Virus record (IMG/VR): IMGVR_UViG_3300046542_000332
Location: 1 to 64,000 of that record
Source: a virus
Direction: 5' to 3' (one strand)
DNA: 64,000 nucleotides
Part shown: positions 55,650-64,000 of the stretch, piece by piece
Position numbering within the stretch: the first letter of the stretch is position 1
Layout of the letters: every line of letters begins with the position of its first letter
Translations under genes and position numbers: made by a program
The notes under the pieces: generated by a model
The model's input: only the letters and a program-made list of their open reading frames with translations
Told to the model about the DNA's origin: nothing
Database searches by the model: none

Positions 55650-56080
55650 GGCAGCACCAGGCAGGCAGGGACTTTGACGATATCGCCAAGCTTTGCGGCG
55701 ACAATGGCGCGGCAGGCGGCAATAAGCGGTGTCGCATCCATGGCGGTCAGTGGATTGTCCTGCGAGTGAGTACCAGCCTGAGCCCACCACCCTCGACCTG
55801 GAAGGCCATGCGGATAATGCAGGTCAACACGGTACTTCTCGATCAGCGGGCCTCCAATGCGCCATTCCGTAGACGGGCAATAGCCATACCCACGGTGCTG
55901 CAACATGTACGGGTTGTTTACTTGGCCAGGCGTGTAGTCCACCTCATACCCACCAACCACCCACTGTAAGCGACCATCCGCCAGCGGCGTGGCGCCTTCG
56001 ATCACGCCCACTACCCAATCAAGCGCAGCCCCTGATAGATCCTTGGTGGCAACGTCCACAAGCACGGTATCGGTAATCAT
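55646..56080 (-). CDS. NinX-family protein
   Basis: LSGAALDWVVG...PSTEWRIGGPLIEK...TPLIAACRAIVAAKLG. Confidence 0.8.
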   Translation of the reverse strand: MITDTVLVDVATKDLSGAALDWVVGVIEGATPLADGRLQWVVGGYEVDYTPGQVNNPYMLQHRGYGYCPSTEWRIGGPLIEKYRVDLHYPHGLPGRGWWAQAGTHSQDNPLTAMDATPLIAACRAIVAAKLGDIVKVPACLVLP

Positions 56081-56469
56081 AGTTTCGCCTTGCCGCCAGC
56101 CTTCTGGATGGCAGTCATACAGTCGAGAATTGCAGCACCAGCAACGTCTGGCACCGTGTAGGAATGAGCATCAGGCATCTGCACCACGAAATGGCGCGGC
56201 TCTACTTGGAGTCTCACTTTTTCGGCCATCGCCTTGATTCGATCCTCAAGGCCGGAAAGGTCTGGCGGATCGATAGAAATCACCGGCTCTGCCTCCATAG
56301 CTGCCTGCCAGCCAATCCATGCGCCATCTACCCAGTCAATCGCGTAGGCGCCATCGGTGCGGCGTTCGAATAGCGTTCTCAGCGCCGTCTCACTCTGCGC
56401 ATAGCGGTAATGCTTCACAGCCAGCACCCGGCACCGGGCCTCAAACTCTTCACGGGATTTATCGGTCAT
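56077..56469 (-). CDS. Hypothetical phage protein
   Basis: MTDKSREEFEA...AWIGWQA. Confidence 0.65.
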   Translation of the reverse strand: MTDKSREEFEARCRVLAVKHYRYAQSETALRTLFERRTDGAYAIDWVDGAWIGWQAAMEAEPVISIDPPDLSGLEDRIKAMAEKVRLQVEPRHFVVQMPDAHSYTVPDVAGAAILDCMTAIQKAGGKAKL

Positions 56470-56897
56470 TGCGACACCCCCACCAGCTCGACCGGCACTT
56501 CCACCGACGTCCCCAGCTTGGACAGCACCACAGCACGACACACCGCGACACGTTTTGTCGCGCCAGTGGCGAACTCGTTGTTATGCGCCATCGCAAAGTA
56601 TTGCTTGCCCTCGGGGATCGCATCCCAGCCATTCACAGGCGCGGAACAGTCACCCATGCGCTTGATATGGTCGTCAGCCAGATCACCGGCCTGGCGCCAG
56701 TCGTTGGTAGGCATCCAATCAATTTTGGCGATGCGAGCACAGAATGGCGCTTTTAACGGATCGGTGTACCACCAGCGGCCTTGCTCTATCGAGTCCTCGG
56801 GGTAGTCCACCCAGCCCAGCGCCTTAGCTACAGCCCAATTCAGCGCCAGCCCTTCCAGATTTTCCGTCTCGACAACAGCCGTCTTCACAGTGGTCAT
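56466..56897 (-). CDS. NinX-family protein (second copy)
   Basis: LEGLALNWAVAKA...PTNDWRQAG...AVCRAVVLSKLG. Confidence 0.75.
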   Translation of the reverse strand: MTTVKTAVVETENLEGLALNWAVAKALGWVDYPEDSIEQGRWWYTDPLKAPFCARIAKIDWMPTNDWRQAGDLADDHIKRMGDCSAPVNGWDAIPEGKQYFAMAHNNEFATGATKRVAVCRAVVLSKLGTSVEVPVELVGVSQ

Positions 56898-57202
56898 TGC
56901 GCTTTCTCCGGTCTATCAAGCATCCAATCAGGCAGGCAGGACAGCGAGCGGTCGTAGTCGGAAGGGGACCAGCAGGTAACGCCGTTCGCCTTGTCCCGAG
57001 TGACAACCAGAGCCCGCGAAGTGGTCAGAATCTTGGAGCCCGGCATGGCCTCATATTGCTCTTGGTACCGCTTAAGCTCTTCCATCATCCGATCAGGTTT
57101 GGCGCCAGCGCTGGACACCTCAGGAGGGGGCTCGACCTTGCAGCCAACCAAGGCCCAAGAAATAGCCGTGATCACCAGTAGCCGCTTAATGGCAATGCTC
57201 AT
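56894..57202 (-). CDS. Small lipoprotein
   Basis: Signal peptide with LVGC lipobox; GVTCW...LSCLP. Confidence 0.7.
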   Translation of the reverse strand: MSIAIKRLLVITAISWALVGCKVEPPPEVSSAGAKPDRMMEELKRYQEQYEAMPGSKILTTSRALVVTRDKANGVTCWSPSDYDRSLSCLPDWMLDRPEKAQ

Positions 57203-58293
57203 GCCGCCACCTCGGCTTCCAGGGTCTTGCGGTACGCCTCACCGGCGGCCACGTCCTCAGCTGTCACGACATAGGACTCAATGCTATCGCCGGCGACGTT
57301 GTAAAAGTTCACATCGCAGGTACGGTCGGCCCAGGCTTGCAACGGCTTCAACAGGCGCTCAAGCTCGGCTTCCTGCTTTTTGGTGGTGTCGGGAAAGTTG
57401 TCGGCAAACTCACTGTTATCGTCATGAGCTGCGTTCGCCATGTGCTGAATCACGTCACTGGCATCAGGCAGGAAGCTGCTTGCGCTCCTTCGGGAAATCA
57501 CCCCGCGACGGATCACAGTGCCCATAGTTAATTCATGGTCACTCACATATGCCGCCAGCCCGTCGTCACTCCAACGCTCATCAGTCGTCATGGAGTAGCA
57601 GTATTCTGGTGCCAGTGCAGCGTCCTCGGCAGCAGCCTTCTGAGCCATGATTGCGTTGGCAGCGTGGCGGACGTAGAACAGTTTGCGCCAGACGTGATCG
57701 GAGGGCTTGGCGAATGTCGATTCCCATAGGTCGCTGGTGCGCAACAGATCTTCGCTTTCGGATAGCAGGTCAAAGGCCGGCACGATGTCGCGGCCAGTGC
57801 CCTCGTCGAAGCGACCAATACGCTCCAGCAGATCAGACCACTCATCAAATGGTAAATCCGAGTCTTCGCGCCCCTTGGTCATAGCGTCCAACCAACCAAT
57901 CAACGCCTGGATATCCATCCCACCTGGATATTCGAACTCTTCCTCATCCAGCGCCTCATAGATGCAACCGCTGACCGTCTCAAGGATCGCGTCCTTGTCT
58001 ATCCATTCTTCCTTGCAGGACGCCGCCAGCTTCCCGTGCAGGTTGTGCATGCAGGTATTAGCGAGGTACCGAAGGCCATAGCTGGCGTCGATATCGAATG
58101 TCAGGTGCCCGATATCGCCAAATACCGCCGTGCCGTAGCGGGTCACACAGATATCAAATGCCAGATTGTGGCTACCGGGCTTCTGGCAGCGCCACACCTC
58201 AACGCCATTCGCATTGGTTAATTCAGTGTAAGCGTGGTCTTTCAGCCAATCGGAAACATTGGCCTCCAGCTTGGCGCGTTGTTCGTCGTTCAT
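57199..58293 (-). CDS. Conserved acidic phage protein
   Basis: 364-aa ORF in operon context. Confidence 0.7.
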   Translation of the reverse strand: MNDEQRAKLEANVSDWLKDHAYTELTNANGVEVWRCQKPGSHNLAFDICVTRYGTAVFGDIGHLTFDIDASYGLRYLANTCMHNLHGKLAASCKEEWIDKDAILETVSGCIYEALDEEEFEYPGGMDIQALIGWLDAMTKGREDSDLPFDEWSDLLERIGRFDEGTGRDIVPAFDLLSESEDLLRTSDLWESTFAKPSDHVWRKLFYVRHAANAIMAQKAAAEDAALAPEYCYSMTTDERWSDDGLAAYVSDHELTMGTVIRRGVISRRSASSFLPDASDVIQHMANAAHDDNSEFADNFPDTTKKQEAELERLLKPLQAWADRTCDVNFYNVAGDSIESYVVTAEDVAAGEAYRKTLEAEVAA

Positions 58294-58328
58294 GGTGGTA
58301 TCAGCTCGTTCGGTTGGTTGATTGGTTG

Positions 58329-58538
58329 TTATGCGGTCCAGCGGGTGCGAAGTAGAACAATGTCCCGCACTGTCGAGACTCCGCAGCCATACACACCGGC
58401 CAACTTGGCATAGCTCCAGCCCCCGGTGCTGTAGGCGGCACGGATAGCCTTGACCTGTGTGGTGGTCAGCTTGGCGTGTTGGTGACAGGCGCCCACTCGG
58501 TGGCCAGTGTGGTTACGGGTAATGACTGGGGAGGTCAT
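58329..58538 (-). CDS. Small HTH protein
   Basis: HQHAKLTTTQVKAIR...SYAKLAGVYGCGVSTVRDIV. Confidence 0.7.
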   Translation of the reverse strand: MTSPVITRNHTGHRVGACHQHAKLTTTQVKAIRAAYSTGGWSYAKLAGVYGCGVSTVRDIVLLRTRWTA

Positions 58539-59263
58539 AGCGTTTCAGCCCGTGGGCGCTTCTCTTTGACGCCAGCCCCATCAGCAGGCGCCAGCGTAGT
58601 GCCGGCGAATTCACTCATGGAGCCGCTGTGATATTCGCTCGAAACCTCAAAGGGCTCGATCTGGTGCCACGCCCAACGGCCCTTAACGTCGCCTGTGAGC
58701 CATTCGGCCCAAGCCGGGGCGTTGGCCCACACCGGACGCGGTTTCACCTTGGAGCGCGGTTTGGGGGCGACTCTCTTGGCTTTGGCTGGGGGCTTGCCCG
58801 GTAACAGCTTCGCCACATGCGGCAAACCCTGCGCAATGCTGTCGGCGCGCTCACGATCCCGCAGACCTTCCTCAAACCGGCGCTGTACCGTGGCGCCGCC
58901 AAGGTTGTCATGGGGAAAGATGCCGCGACGGCAGTGCGGGCAGCTCGGCACCGTCGTTTTGCTGCGCCAAGCCGCCTCGACCTTCTTGGCCGCCGTCAGG
59001 TGCAGGACCGCGCCACGCTCTTCCTGTACCGCCTCCAGCTCGCGCTTGTACTTCTTCGAATGATCGCCCCAAAACTTCCGGAGCTTTTCGAGAGCCCAGT
59101 ACGCGGATACTTGCTTGTTACAGTCCAAACACATGACTGTTTCGCCCACTTCGTCCATTTCCAGACGGTGGTGCTGGCAGCCTTCGCGCTGGCGAATGTA
59201 GCCCGCCTCAATCCTTGCAAGCCTTAGCTCGCCTATCTCTACGACGTTTTTGGTATCCGACAT
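58535..59263 (-). CDS. Zinc-finger phage protein
   Basis: CQHH...CLDC...CPHC; C-terminal WANAPAWAEW domain. Confidence 0.65.
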   Translation of the reverse strand: MSDTKNVVEIGELRLARIEAGYIRQREGCQHHRLEMDEVGETVMCLDCNKQVSAYWALEKLRKFWGDHSKKYKRELEAVQEERGAVLHLTAAKKVEAAWRSKTTVPSCPHCRRGIFPHDNLGGATVQRRFEEGLRDRERADSIAQGLPHVAKLLPGKPPAKAKRVAPKPRSKVKPRPVWANAPAWAEWLTGDVKGRWAWHQIEPFEVSSEYHSGSMSEFAGTTLAPADGAGVKEKRPRAETL

Positions 59264-59325
59264 GCCCTTGTACCTGACTGGCTAATCCTGGCTTGGCGTC
59301 ACTATACACAACCCTCAAATATCAA

Positions 59326-59344
59326 TACATCATTTTTATGTATT
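59326..59344. promoter_or_regulatory. Putative operator TACATCATTTTTATGTATT in an AT-rich promoter region
   Basis: AATACAT/ATGTATT inverted repeat; near-identical to 17096-17114. Confidence 0.45.
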
Positions 59345-59361
59345 TATCTGATTGCAGGGCA

Positions 59362-59398
59362 TAAAAAAGCCCCGGCACCAGATCGGGCGGGGCTCCTT
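59362..59398 (-). terminator. Intrinsic terminator
   Basis: agccccg...cggggct stem plus U6. Confidence 0.55.
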
Positions 59399-59411
59399 TC
59401 GTTATCAGTTG

Positions 59412-59645
59412 TTACCCAGCAGCGCGCTCAGCCTCGGAAATCTCGCGGCCCACCATGAACGCCAGGGTCGCGGCCTTCTCGTGGAAAACCTTGGTAGCCG
59501 CTTCGCTAGCCGCAATAGCCTCCTTTGCCCCCTCCCCATTGGCGCCTGTACCTCTCAGAACATCCGCTGTTCGTCTCATCACCACCATAGCGGCGTCTAC
59601 CTCATTGCTGGCCTGCTTGAATTTGTCGCTGTCGATCATTGGCAT
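59412..59645 (-). CDS. Small hypothetical protein
   Basis: AAGGA RBS, 77 aa. Confidence 0.55.
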   Translation of the reverse strand: MPMIDSDKFKQASNEVDAAMVVMRRTADVLRGTGANGEGAKEAIAASEAATKVFHEKAATLAFMVGREISEAERAAG

Positions 59646-59663
59646 TGCAGTACTTCCTTATCA

Positions 59664-59882
59664 TTAATCAGTCGGGCGGTAATCGCCATCAGCACGGTGG
59701 CGGCGGACTTCTTGGCCCACCAGGTCGAAGCCATCAACCGAGTAAAACGCCTGAGCCTCATGGTCGAACTCAATGCGCGTTTCTACCCACTCGCCAGACA
59801 TCAACACCGCTACGCATTCACCGGTAAAGAATTGCTGGTCGCCGCACTGGATACGGCCCCTTTCATTGACGTATGCACTCAT
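59664..59882 (-). CDS. Small protein (DUF5348-like)
   Basis: FTGECVAVLMSGEWVETRIE; AGGAG RBS. Confidence 0.6.
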   Translation of the reverse strand: MSAYVNERGRIQCGDQQFFTGECVAVLMSGEWVETRIEFDHEAQAFYSVDGFDLVGQEVRRHRADGDYRPTD

Positions 59883-59935
59883 TGCGAAACTCCTACGCCC
59901 GCCTTTACACCTGGTGGAAAGACGGGCTTTCGTTG

Positions 59936-59975
59936 TGACGTTAAGGCGCTTTAACTCTATAACTTCTTGGCGCCT
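59936..59975. repeat. Array of five degenerate 8-mers
   Basis: tgacgtta aggcgctt taactcta taacttct tggcgcct. Confidence 0.55.
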
Positions 59976-60607
59976 TCAGCCTCGCCGGCCTCCACGTAGC
60001 TGGCGTGGATCTGGTCGGCCTGCTCCTGGCTGGTAACGATCACCGTGGGCGGCAAGCCTCGCTGGCGTATGGTCGTCAGCTCAGCCATGGCCGCCGCGTT
60101 CTGTTCCGCCAGCGCGATCACCATCAGCTCCAGCGCATCCTCATAGCAAACGCTCGGGTCGCGCTGCATATCCAGGCAACCCTTAACGATAGGATTGGTT
60201 TGCGCCAGCTGCTGCATTTTCTCTTGCTGAGGTGACGACTTACCCTCGGGCGTGTAGCCGTCCGCCAGCGCCGTCTGTAGCCTCGCAACCAACCCCCGCA
60301 CGTCGTCACGCTCCCACACTGCGAAAAGCTGATCAGGGTCAAACTCGCCGTCACGGCACAGCGTATTGAAGTGCAGGGCGAAAGGCGCGCCCTCAATCTC
60401 GGCCAAATCCATGATGCCGTCACGCTCAAACGATCCGCTGCAATCCACCTCATCGGTAAGGCTCGTATAGCGAAAGTCGATCAGCTTGCCCTCTGATCCG
60501 ATGGACTCAGCCTTAACCATGGGCTCCCGGATGATGCTCGGGTCGTACTTTGAGAACACCGTACCCTCGGGCATGGCCAGGAATGTCTCGCGATTAACGA
60601 TTCTCAT
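59957..60607 (-). CDS. Hypothetical phage protein
   Basis: MRIVNRETFLAMPEGTVFSKY...RDGEFDPDQLFAVWE. Confidence 0.7.
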   Translation of the reverse strand: MRIVNRETFLAMPEGTVFSKYDPSIIREPMVKAESIGSEGKLIDFRYTSLTDEVDCSGSFERDGIMDLAEIEGAPFALHFNTLCRDGEFDPDQLFAVWERDDVRGLVARLQTALADGYTPEGKSSPQQEKMQQLAQTNPIVKGCLDMQRDPSVCYEDALELMVIALAEQNAAAMAELTTIRQRGLPPTVIVTSQEQADQIHASYVEAGEAEGAKKL

Positions 60608-61365
60608 TGTTCACCCTTCTCAGCCAAGGCCTTCTCAAGCGCCCGCGACAGCCACCGAATGCGATCCTTGGCAGCGGTCAAATATACGGTAGAGGTCGGC
60701 AGCCCCGACAGCATGCAGTGCAATCGCTCTTCTTGGCTTTGATCGCCACTCAGGTACACAGCATTGGCCAGCTCATCGTCCGTCAGATGTCCCATGCATA
60801 GATCGGCGCGCTCACAGTCGTATCTATCCCCATGAGGATCAGAGGCACCATCAGCGCGCCACTTGGATGCGGGCGCTGGTGGTGGGCTAGCGGCGAACTC
60901 ACTGGCACTGAAAGTTCTCAAAATGGCGTCTTGCCGCTCGGCGGCTTCCATTTCGGCCTCCGAGGCCTTGCGGGACGAAACCCACCCGCCATCCGCATGC
61001 TTGTAGAGCACCCGCCCGTAATGCCCATTCTTCGGATCAATCATCACCGCATGGGTAGCCGGGCCGGCGTGCTCTTGTGATTGCAGCAGCGCTTTCAAGT
61101 GCCATAGCGCCGCCATGCGGTGGTTGTCGAATTGGAGCGCCAAGTCTCTCCAGTGTTGCAGGACTGCCAGCTCTTCCCGCAGGGCAGCCTCACGCGCCAC
61201 CGACTCGTCCAGCAGCTGCTTGGGCGACTTGTACGGCGTCGGGCACTCACCTGGCGGGGTTTCGGTAAGGTTGCCGTAAACAAACTGGCGACAGCCAAGG
61301 CAGCGGCGGCTTCCGCCATCGTCCATTTCTACGCCGACCATCACATGCTTATTCGATTCACTCAC
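60604..61365 (-). CDS. Mosaic Ea22-like phage protein
   Basis: REAALREELA, DPHGDRYDCERADLCMG...AAKDRIRWLSR modules. Confidence 0.65.
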   Translation of the reverse strand: MSESNKHVMVGVEMDDGGSRRCLGCRQFVYGNLTETPPGECPTPYKSPKQLLDESVAREAALREELAVLQHWRDLALQFDNHRMAALWHLKALLQSQEHAGPATHAVMIDPKNGHYGRVLYKHADGGWVSSRKASEAEMEAAERQDAILRTFSASEFAASPPPAPASKWRADGASDPHGDRYDCERADLCMGHLTDDELANAVYLSGDQSQEERLHCMLSGLPTSTVYLTAAKDRIRWLSRALEKALAEKGEQ

Positions 61366-61708
61366 TGACAGTTACCCCTTCGGATTCGATAATGGTGCGG
61401 ACTTCATCAAGCGCCGCGTTTCGGCCTTCGCCGCTCATGCTGTAAATCGGTTGGCCTTGGTAGTTGATCGGTTGGGCGCGCGCCGGCAAGGTGATCACCA
61501 GCGCCTCCCGCGACAGCTTCCAGGCCGCTTGGAAGGCGGGCCACTGCTCCCCGCCTTCAATAAAGCTGTAATACGGGCGCCCCTGCTCCAACTGGCGCGT
61601 CAGGTTCTGGCGCATCGAGTCGGTGAACGCGTGGCCAGCGGCTTTCATCAGCTCACTGTGCTGGTCGATCAACAACGCCTCAAAGGCGCAACGCATACGG
61701 TCGCTCAT
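61358..61708 (-). CDS. Hypothetical phage protein
   Basis: MSDRMRCAFEA...WPAFQAAWKLSREALVITLP. Confidence 0.65.
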   Translation of the reverse strand: MSDRMRCAFEALLIDQHSELMKAAGHAFTDSMRQNLTRQLEQGRPYYSFIEGGEQWPAFQAAWKLSREALVITLPARAQPINYQGQPIYSMSGEGRNAALDEVRTIIESEGVTVSE

Positions 61709-62562
61709 ATGGACACCGCACGGGCAGGGCTGGCCAGACGGCGAAGGTACTCGACAGCCATCACCACCGGGAAAATCGCGAACAGACCGGCCTCGCAACT
61801 TTCATCCTTGCGCATCTGCATAGAGCCCTCTTCGATAAAACACCAGCCCCCGCGCTTGCCATTGCCTGCTTGGTAACCGTAGAAGAACAGGAAACCGTCT
61901 TTGCTCAGCACAAAGTGCGAAGCGTGGCGGGCGTCGGTCAGCATGCGTTCCAGTTCCGGGAGGTGATCAAGGCTCAGCTCCCCCGGCAGCGCCCGGTCAT
62001 CACCAATCAGGATCGGCGGCAGACGGTTTTCCTGCTCACACCGCCAGCGCACCCACGTATGGCTCTTTACCGGGCCGTTATCGTTGGGGATATGGGCGCG
62101 CAATACCTGCTCGCGGCCACTTGGCGCCCGGTACTTGGGCTGCTTGATCGGCGGCGGGTTCTTTTTGCGCGGTACCAGCTTTTCAGGGCTGATAGCCGAA
62201 ACCGTCGGGGCCGGCGCAGTTGTGGCCACCGGCTCAGGCTTTGGGGGAGTGTCGACCACCGGCGCCGGCGTGGCGGCCTTCACAGGGGCCGCGATTGACT
62301 GCGGGCGCGGCGCCGGCTTCAACAGCTCCGGGCGCTCTTCCAGCTCGATCACATCCTCGGGGATGTCATCACCAACGGTCAGGGCAGCAATGCAGCGACC
62401 TTGGCCCTGCTGATCCTCAACCCATTGCACCAGCGCCAGACCGCGCGCCAGCAACAGATTGAGGTTGGTGTGGCCGCACTGGCGCAGCAGGCCGTCCACG
62501 CGCGCCTTGGATGCGTCGGACATGCTGAACATGATGTCGTGGCGCACTGGTCCGGTACTCAT
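61705..62562 (-). CDS. Hypothetical protein with possible N-terminal RHH
   Basis: 285-aa ORF, ATGA coupling. Confidence 0.6.
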   Translation of the reverse strand: MSTGPVRHDIMFSMSDASKARVDGLLRQCGHTNLNLLLARGLALVQWVEDQQGQGRCIAALTVGDDIPEDVIELEERPELLKPAPRPQSIAAPVKAATPAPVVDTPPKPEPVATTAPAPTVSAISPEKLVPRKKNPPPIKQPKYRAPSGREQVLRAHIPNDNGPVKSHTWVRWRCEQENRLPPILIGDDRALPGELSLDHLPELERMLTDARHASHFVLSKDGFLFFYGYQAGNGKRGGWCFIEEGSMQMRKDESCEAGLFAIFPVVMAVEYLRRLASPARAVSI

Positions 62563-62909
62563 AACTCACCCCCACGGTGCGCAGTCTTCAAAAAACGCTC
62601 TACAGCGTCCGTCACAGATCCCGTCTCGACGTAGCGACCACCCTCGACGATCAGCGGCAAGGCGCGGCGCAGCAAACGCTCGGCATGGCGCAGGCGCTCG
62701 GTCTGCTCGGCCATTTGCCGTTGCACTTCCTCAGAGGTGGCCGGTACCGGACGGGCATGGATCGATTCGTCACCCTTGAGAATCAGACGGATCAGGTTGC
62801 GCCGGGCGCCGGGGTCAGACTTCAAAGGCGGCATTTCAGGCACGGCGCACTCAAGGTCATTGAGCAGCCCGGCCAGCAGCTCGCGGGTGATCAGCAGATA
62901 TTTAGCCAT
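62559..62909 (-). CDS. Hypothetical protein
   Basis: AAGGA RBS. Confidence 0.6.
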   Translation of the reverse strand: MAKYLLITRELLAGLLNDLECAVPEMPPLKSDPGARRNLIRLILKGDESIHARPVPATSEEVQRQMAEQTERLRHAERLLRRALPLIVEGGRYVETGSVTDAVERFLKTAHRGGEL

Positions 62910-62956
62910 TTGCGGGTGTTCCTTATCTCTGGCGGAGTAACGGCATAATTACATAA

Positions 62957-63005
62957 AAGCGCTAATGTGTCATTAACGTTTTGACGCTATAGAGTTTTGC
63001 CGTTA
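62957..63005. repeat. Array of degenerate 8-mers
   Basis: aagcgcta atgtgtca t taacgttt tgacgcta tagagttt tgccgtta. Confidence 0.5.
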
Positions 63006-63746
63006 TTCCCAGTCAGGCAGCAACTCCGGCCGCGCAGCGGGGAACGTGGCCAGCGTGGAAAGGTCCAGTAGCGTGAAATACCCCCGGTCATCACTGCGCC
63101 AGCCGCCCGTATCAATGTGATGGACGTTGCCCAGCACCAGCGGCGCCAGCAGTGGGTTGTGACCGACCACCAGCGCCCGCACCCCTTCAACCGGCGTCGT
63201 GTCGGCCAGCTCTACACGTCGGCGCGACCACATGCAGGTGTTGTGAACCAGGCGCAGCTGTTTTTTGCTCTCGGGCGCTTCCAGTTCGTGGCGCAATTGA
63301 TCCCATGACGGGAACGGGCAATCAGCGTGCACTACCCCCACCAGGCCGCCAGGCGTCTCGACTTCAATGGCGAAAGGAATCTCGGCAAACTGGACGGCGA
63401 ACTCTCGCTGTTCATCCCACGCCAGTCCCGCGAACCACGAGCCGCCGTTATAGATCCAGTTATCCATGTCGCAGGTGTCGAATCGGCATACGTAGTCGTC
63501 GTGGTTGCCGCGCACCGGGTGAAACCATGGTTTGGCCAGCCATTCCAGAACGTCGCGGCACTCCGGGCCACGGTCCACCAGGTCGCCAGCGCTGAATAGC
63601 CGATCCCGCTCCGGATCGAAGCCCGCCGCGTCCAGGGCCTTTTGCAGGCGGGTGAAGTGGCCGTGAATGTCGCCCACGGCAAAGTCTCGCCCCGCCGTGT
63701 TGGCCGCGAAACGCTTCATTCGCACTGTTCCTATTACCTCAAGCAT
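63003..63746 (-). CDS. Ser/Thr protein phosphatase (lambda NinI / P1 Ppp / PphA family)
   Basis: GDIHG, GDLVDRG, RGNHD, VVGHN and HIDTGG motifs. Confidence 0.9.
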   Translation of the reverse strand: MLEVIGTVRMKRFAANTAGRDFAVGDIHGHFTRLQKALDAAGFDPERDRLFSAGDLVDRGPECRDVLEWLAKPWFHPVRGNHDDYVCRFDTCDMDNWIYNGGSWFAGLAWDEQREFAVQFAEIPFAIEVETPGGLVGVVHADCPFPSWDQLRHELEAPESKKQLRLVHNTCMWSRRRVELADTTPVEGVRALVVGHNPLLAPLVLGNVHHIDTGGWRSDDRGYFTLLDLSTLATFPAARPELLPDWE

Positions 63747-63776
63747 GCCGCCCGCCCTTTCCTATGACTCAAATGA

Positions 63777-63824
63777 AAACGGCAAAGCGTTATGGCGCTT
63801 TGCCGTTAAGATGTTATAGCGCTT
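63777..63824. repeat. Array of six degenerate 8-mers
   Basis: aaacggca aagcgtta tggcgctt tgccgtta agatgtta tagcgctt. Confidence 0.55.
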
Positions 63825-63837
63825 TTAGATTGCTCTG

Positions 63838-64000
63838 TCAGGGCGCGTTGTCCGCCCCGCAGTGCGAGCAGTCGGCATACACCGGGGATGGCACAAAACG
63901 CCCGCACCCGCCGCAGTTCTGAATGCTTGACCGCGAGCGCGACCGATAGCGGGGCGCCTTGGCCAGCATAATCCCGGTACCGCGCAGCGCTTCCCGGTGG
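63838..64000 (-). CDS. Partial zinc-ribbon protein (3-prime end)
   Basis: ...QNCGGCGRFVP...ADCSHCGADNAP-stop; open to the window edge. Confidence 0.6.
   Translation of the reverse strand, partial: HREALRGTGIMLAKAPRYRSRSRSSIQNCGGCGRFVPSPVYADCSHCGADNAP

Larger units (their letters stand above)
1..64000. mobile_element. P1-like phage-plasmid (whole window)
   Basis: P1-type capsid, prt/pro, darA/hdf, bplA, pacA/pacB and ppp together with plasmid rep and par; no host housekeeping genes. Confidence 0.85.

Overview
This window is part of a GC-rich P1-like phage-plasmid (temperate myovirus), most likely from a Pseudomonas host (Pseudomonas-type yejK and an aca1 homologue). Almost all real genes lie on the minus strand. 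From left to right it holds: the major capsid gene; two large polyvalent DarB/DdrB-like head proteins; an accessory operon with a sigma70 promoter, an Aca1-type operator and an aca1 fusion gene; a fused darA; a type Ib parA plus RHH partition pair; hdf; a repeat-rich origin with an IncP-9/pBBR1-type rep; P1-like baseplate, tail fibre, tape-measure, protease and portal genes; two depolymerase/esterase cassettes; yejK; pacB preceded by an ATPase-dead pacB paralogue; pacA; a roughly 500-nt structured non-coding stretch; and nin-like small genes ending in a Ser/Thr phosphatase. The most notable signals are the candidate Acr/anti-defence operon under Aca1 control, the terminase decoy-like paralogue, the candidate large ncRNA, an 11-copy late-promoter consensus (YGCAAASC with a YANNNT -10 box 30 nt after GCAAA), and dispersed 8-bp-periodic RHH-type centromere arrays. 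All family assignments come from recognising motifs and synteny by eye; no searches were run.
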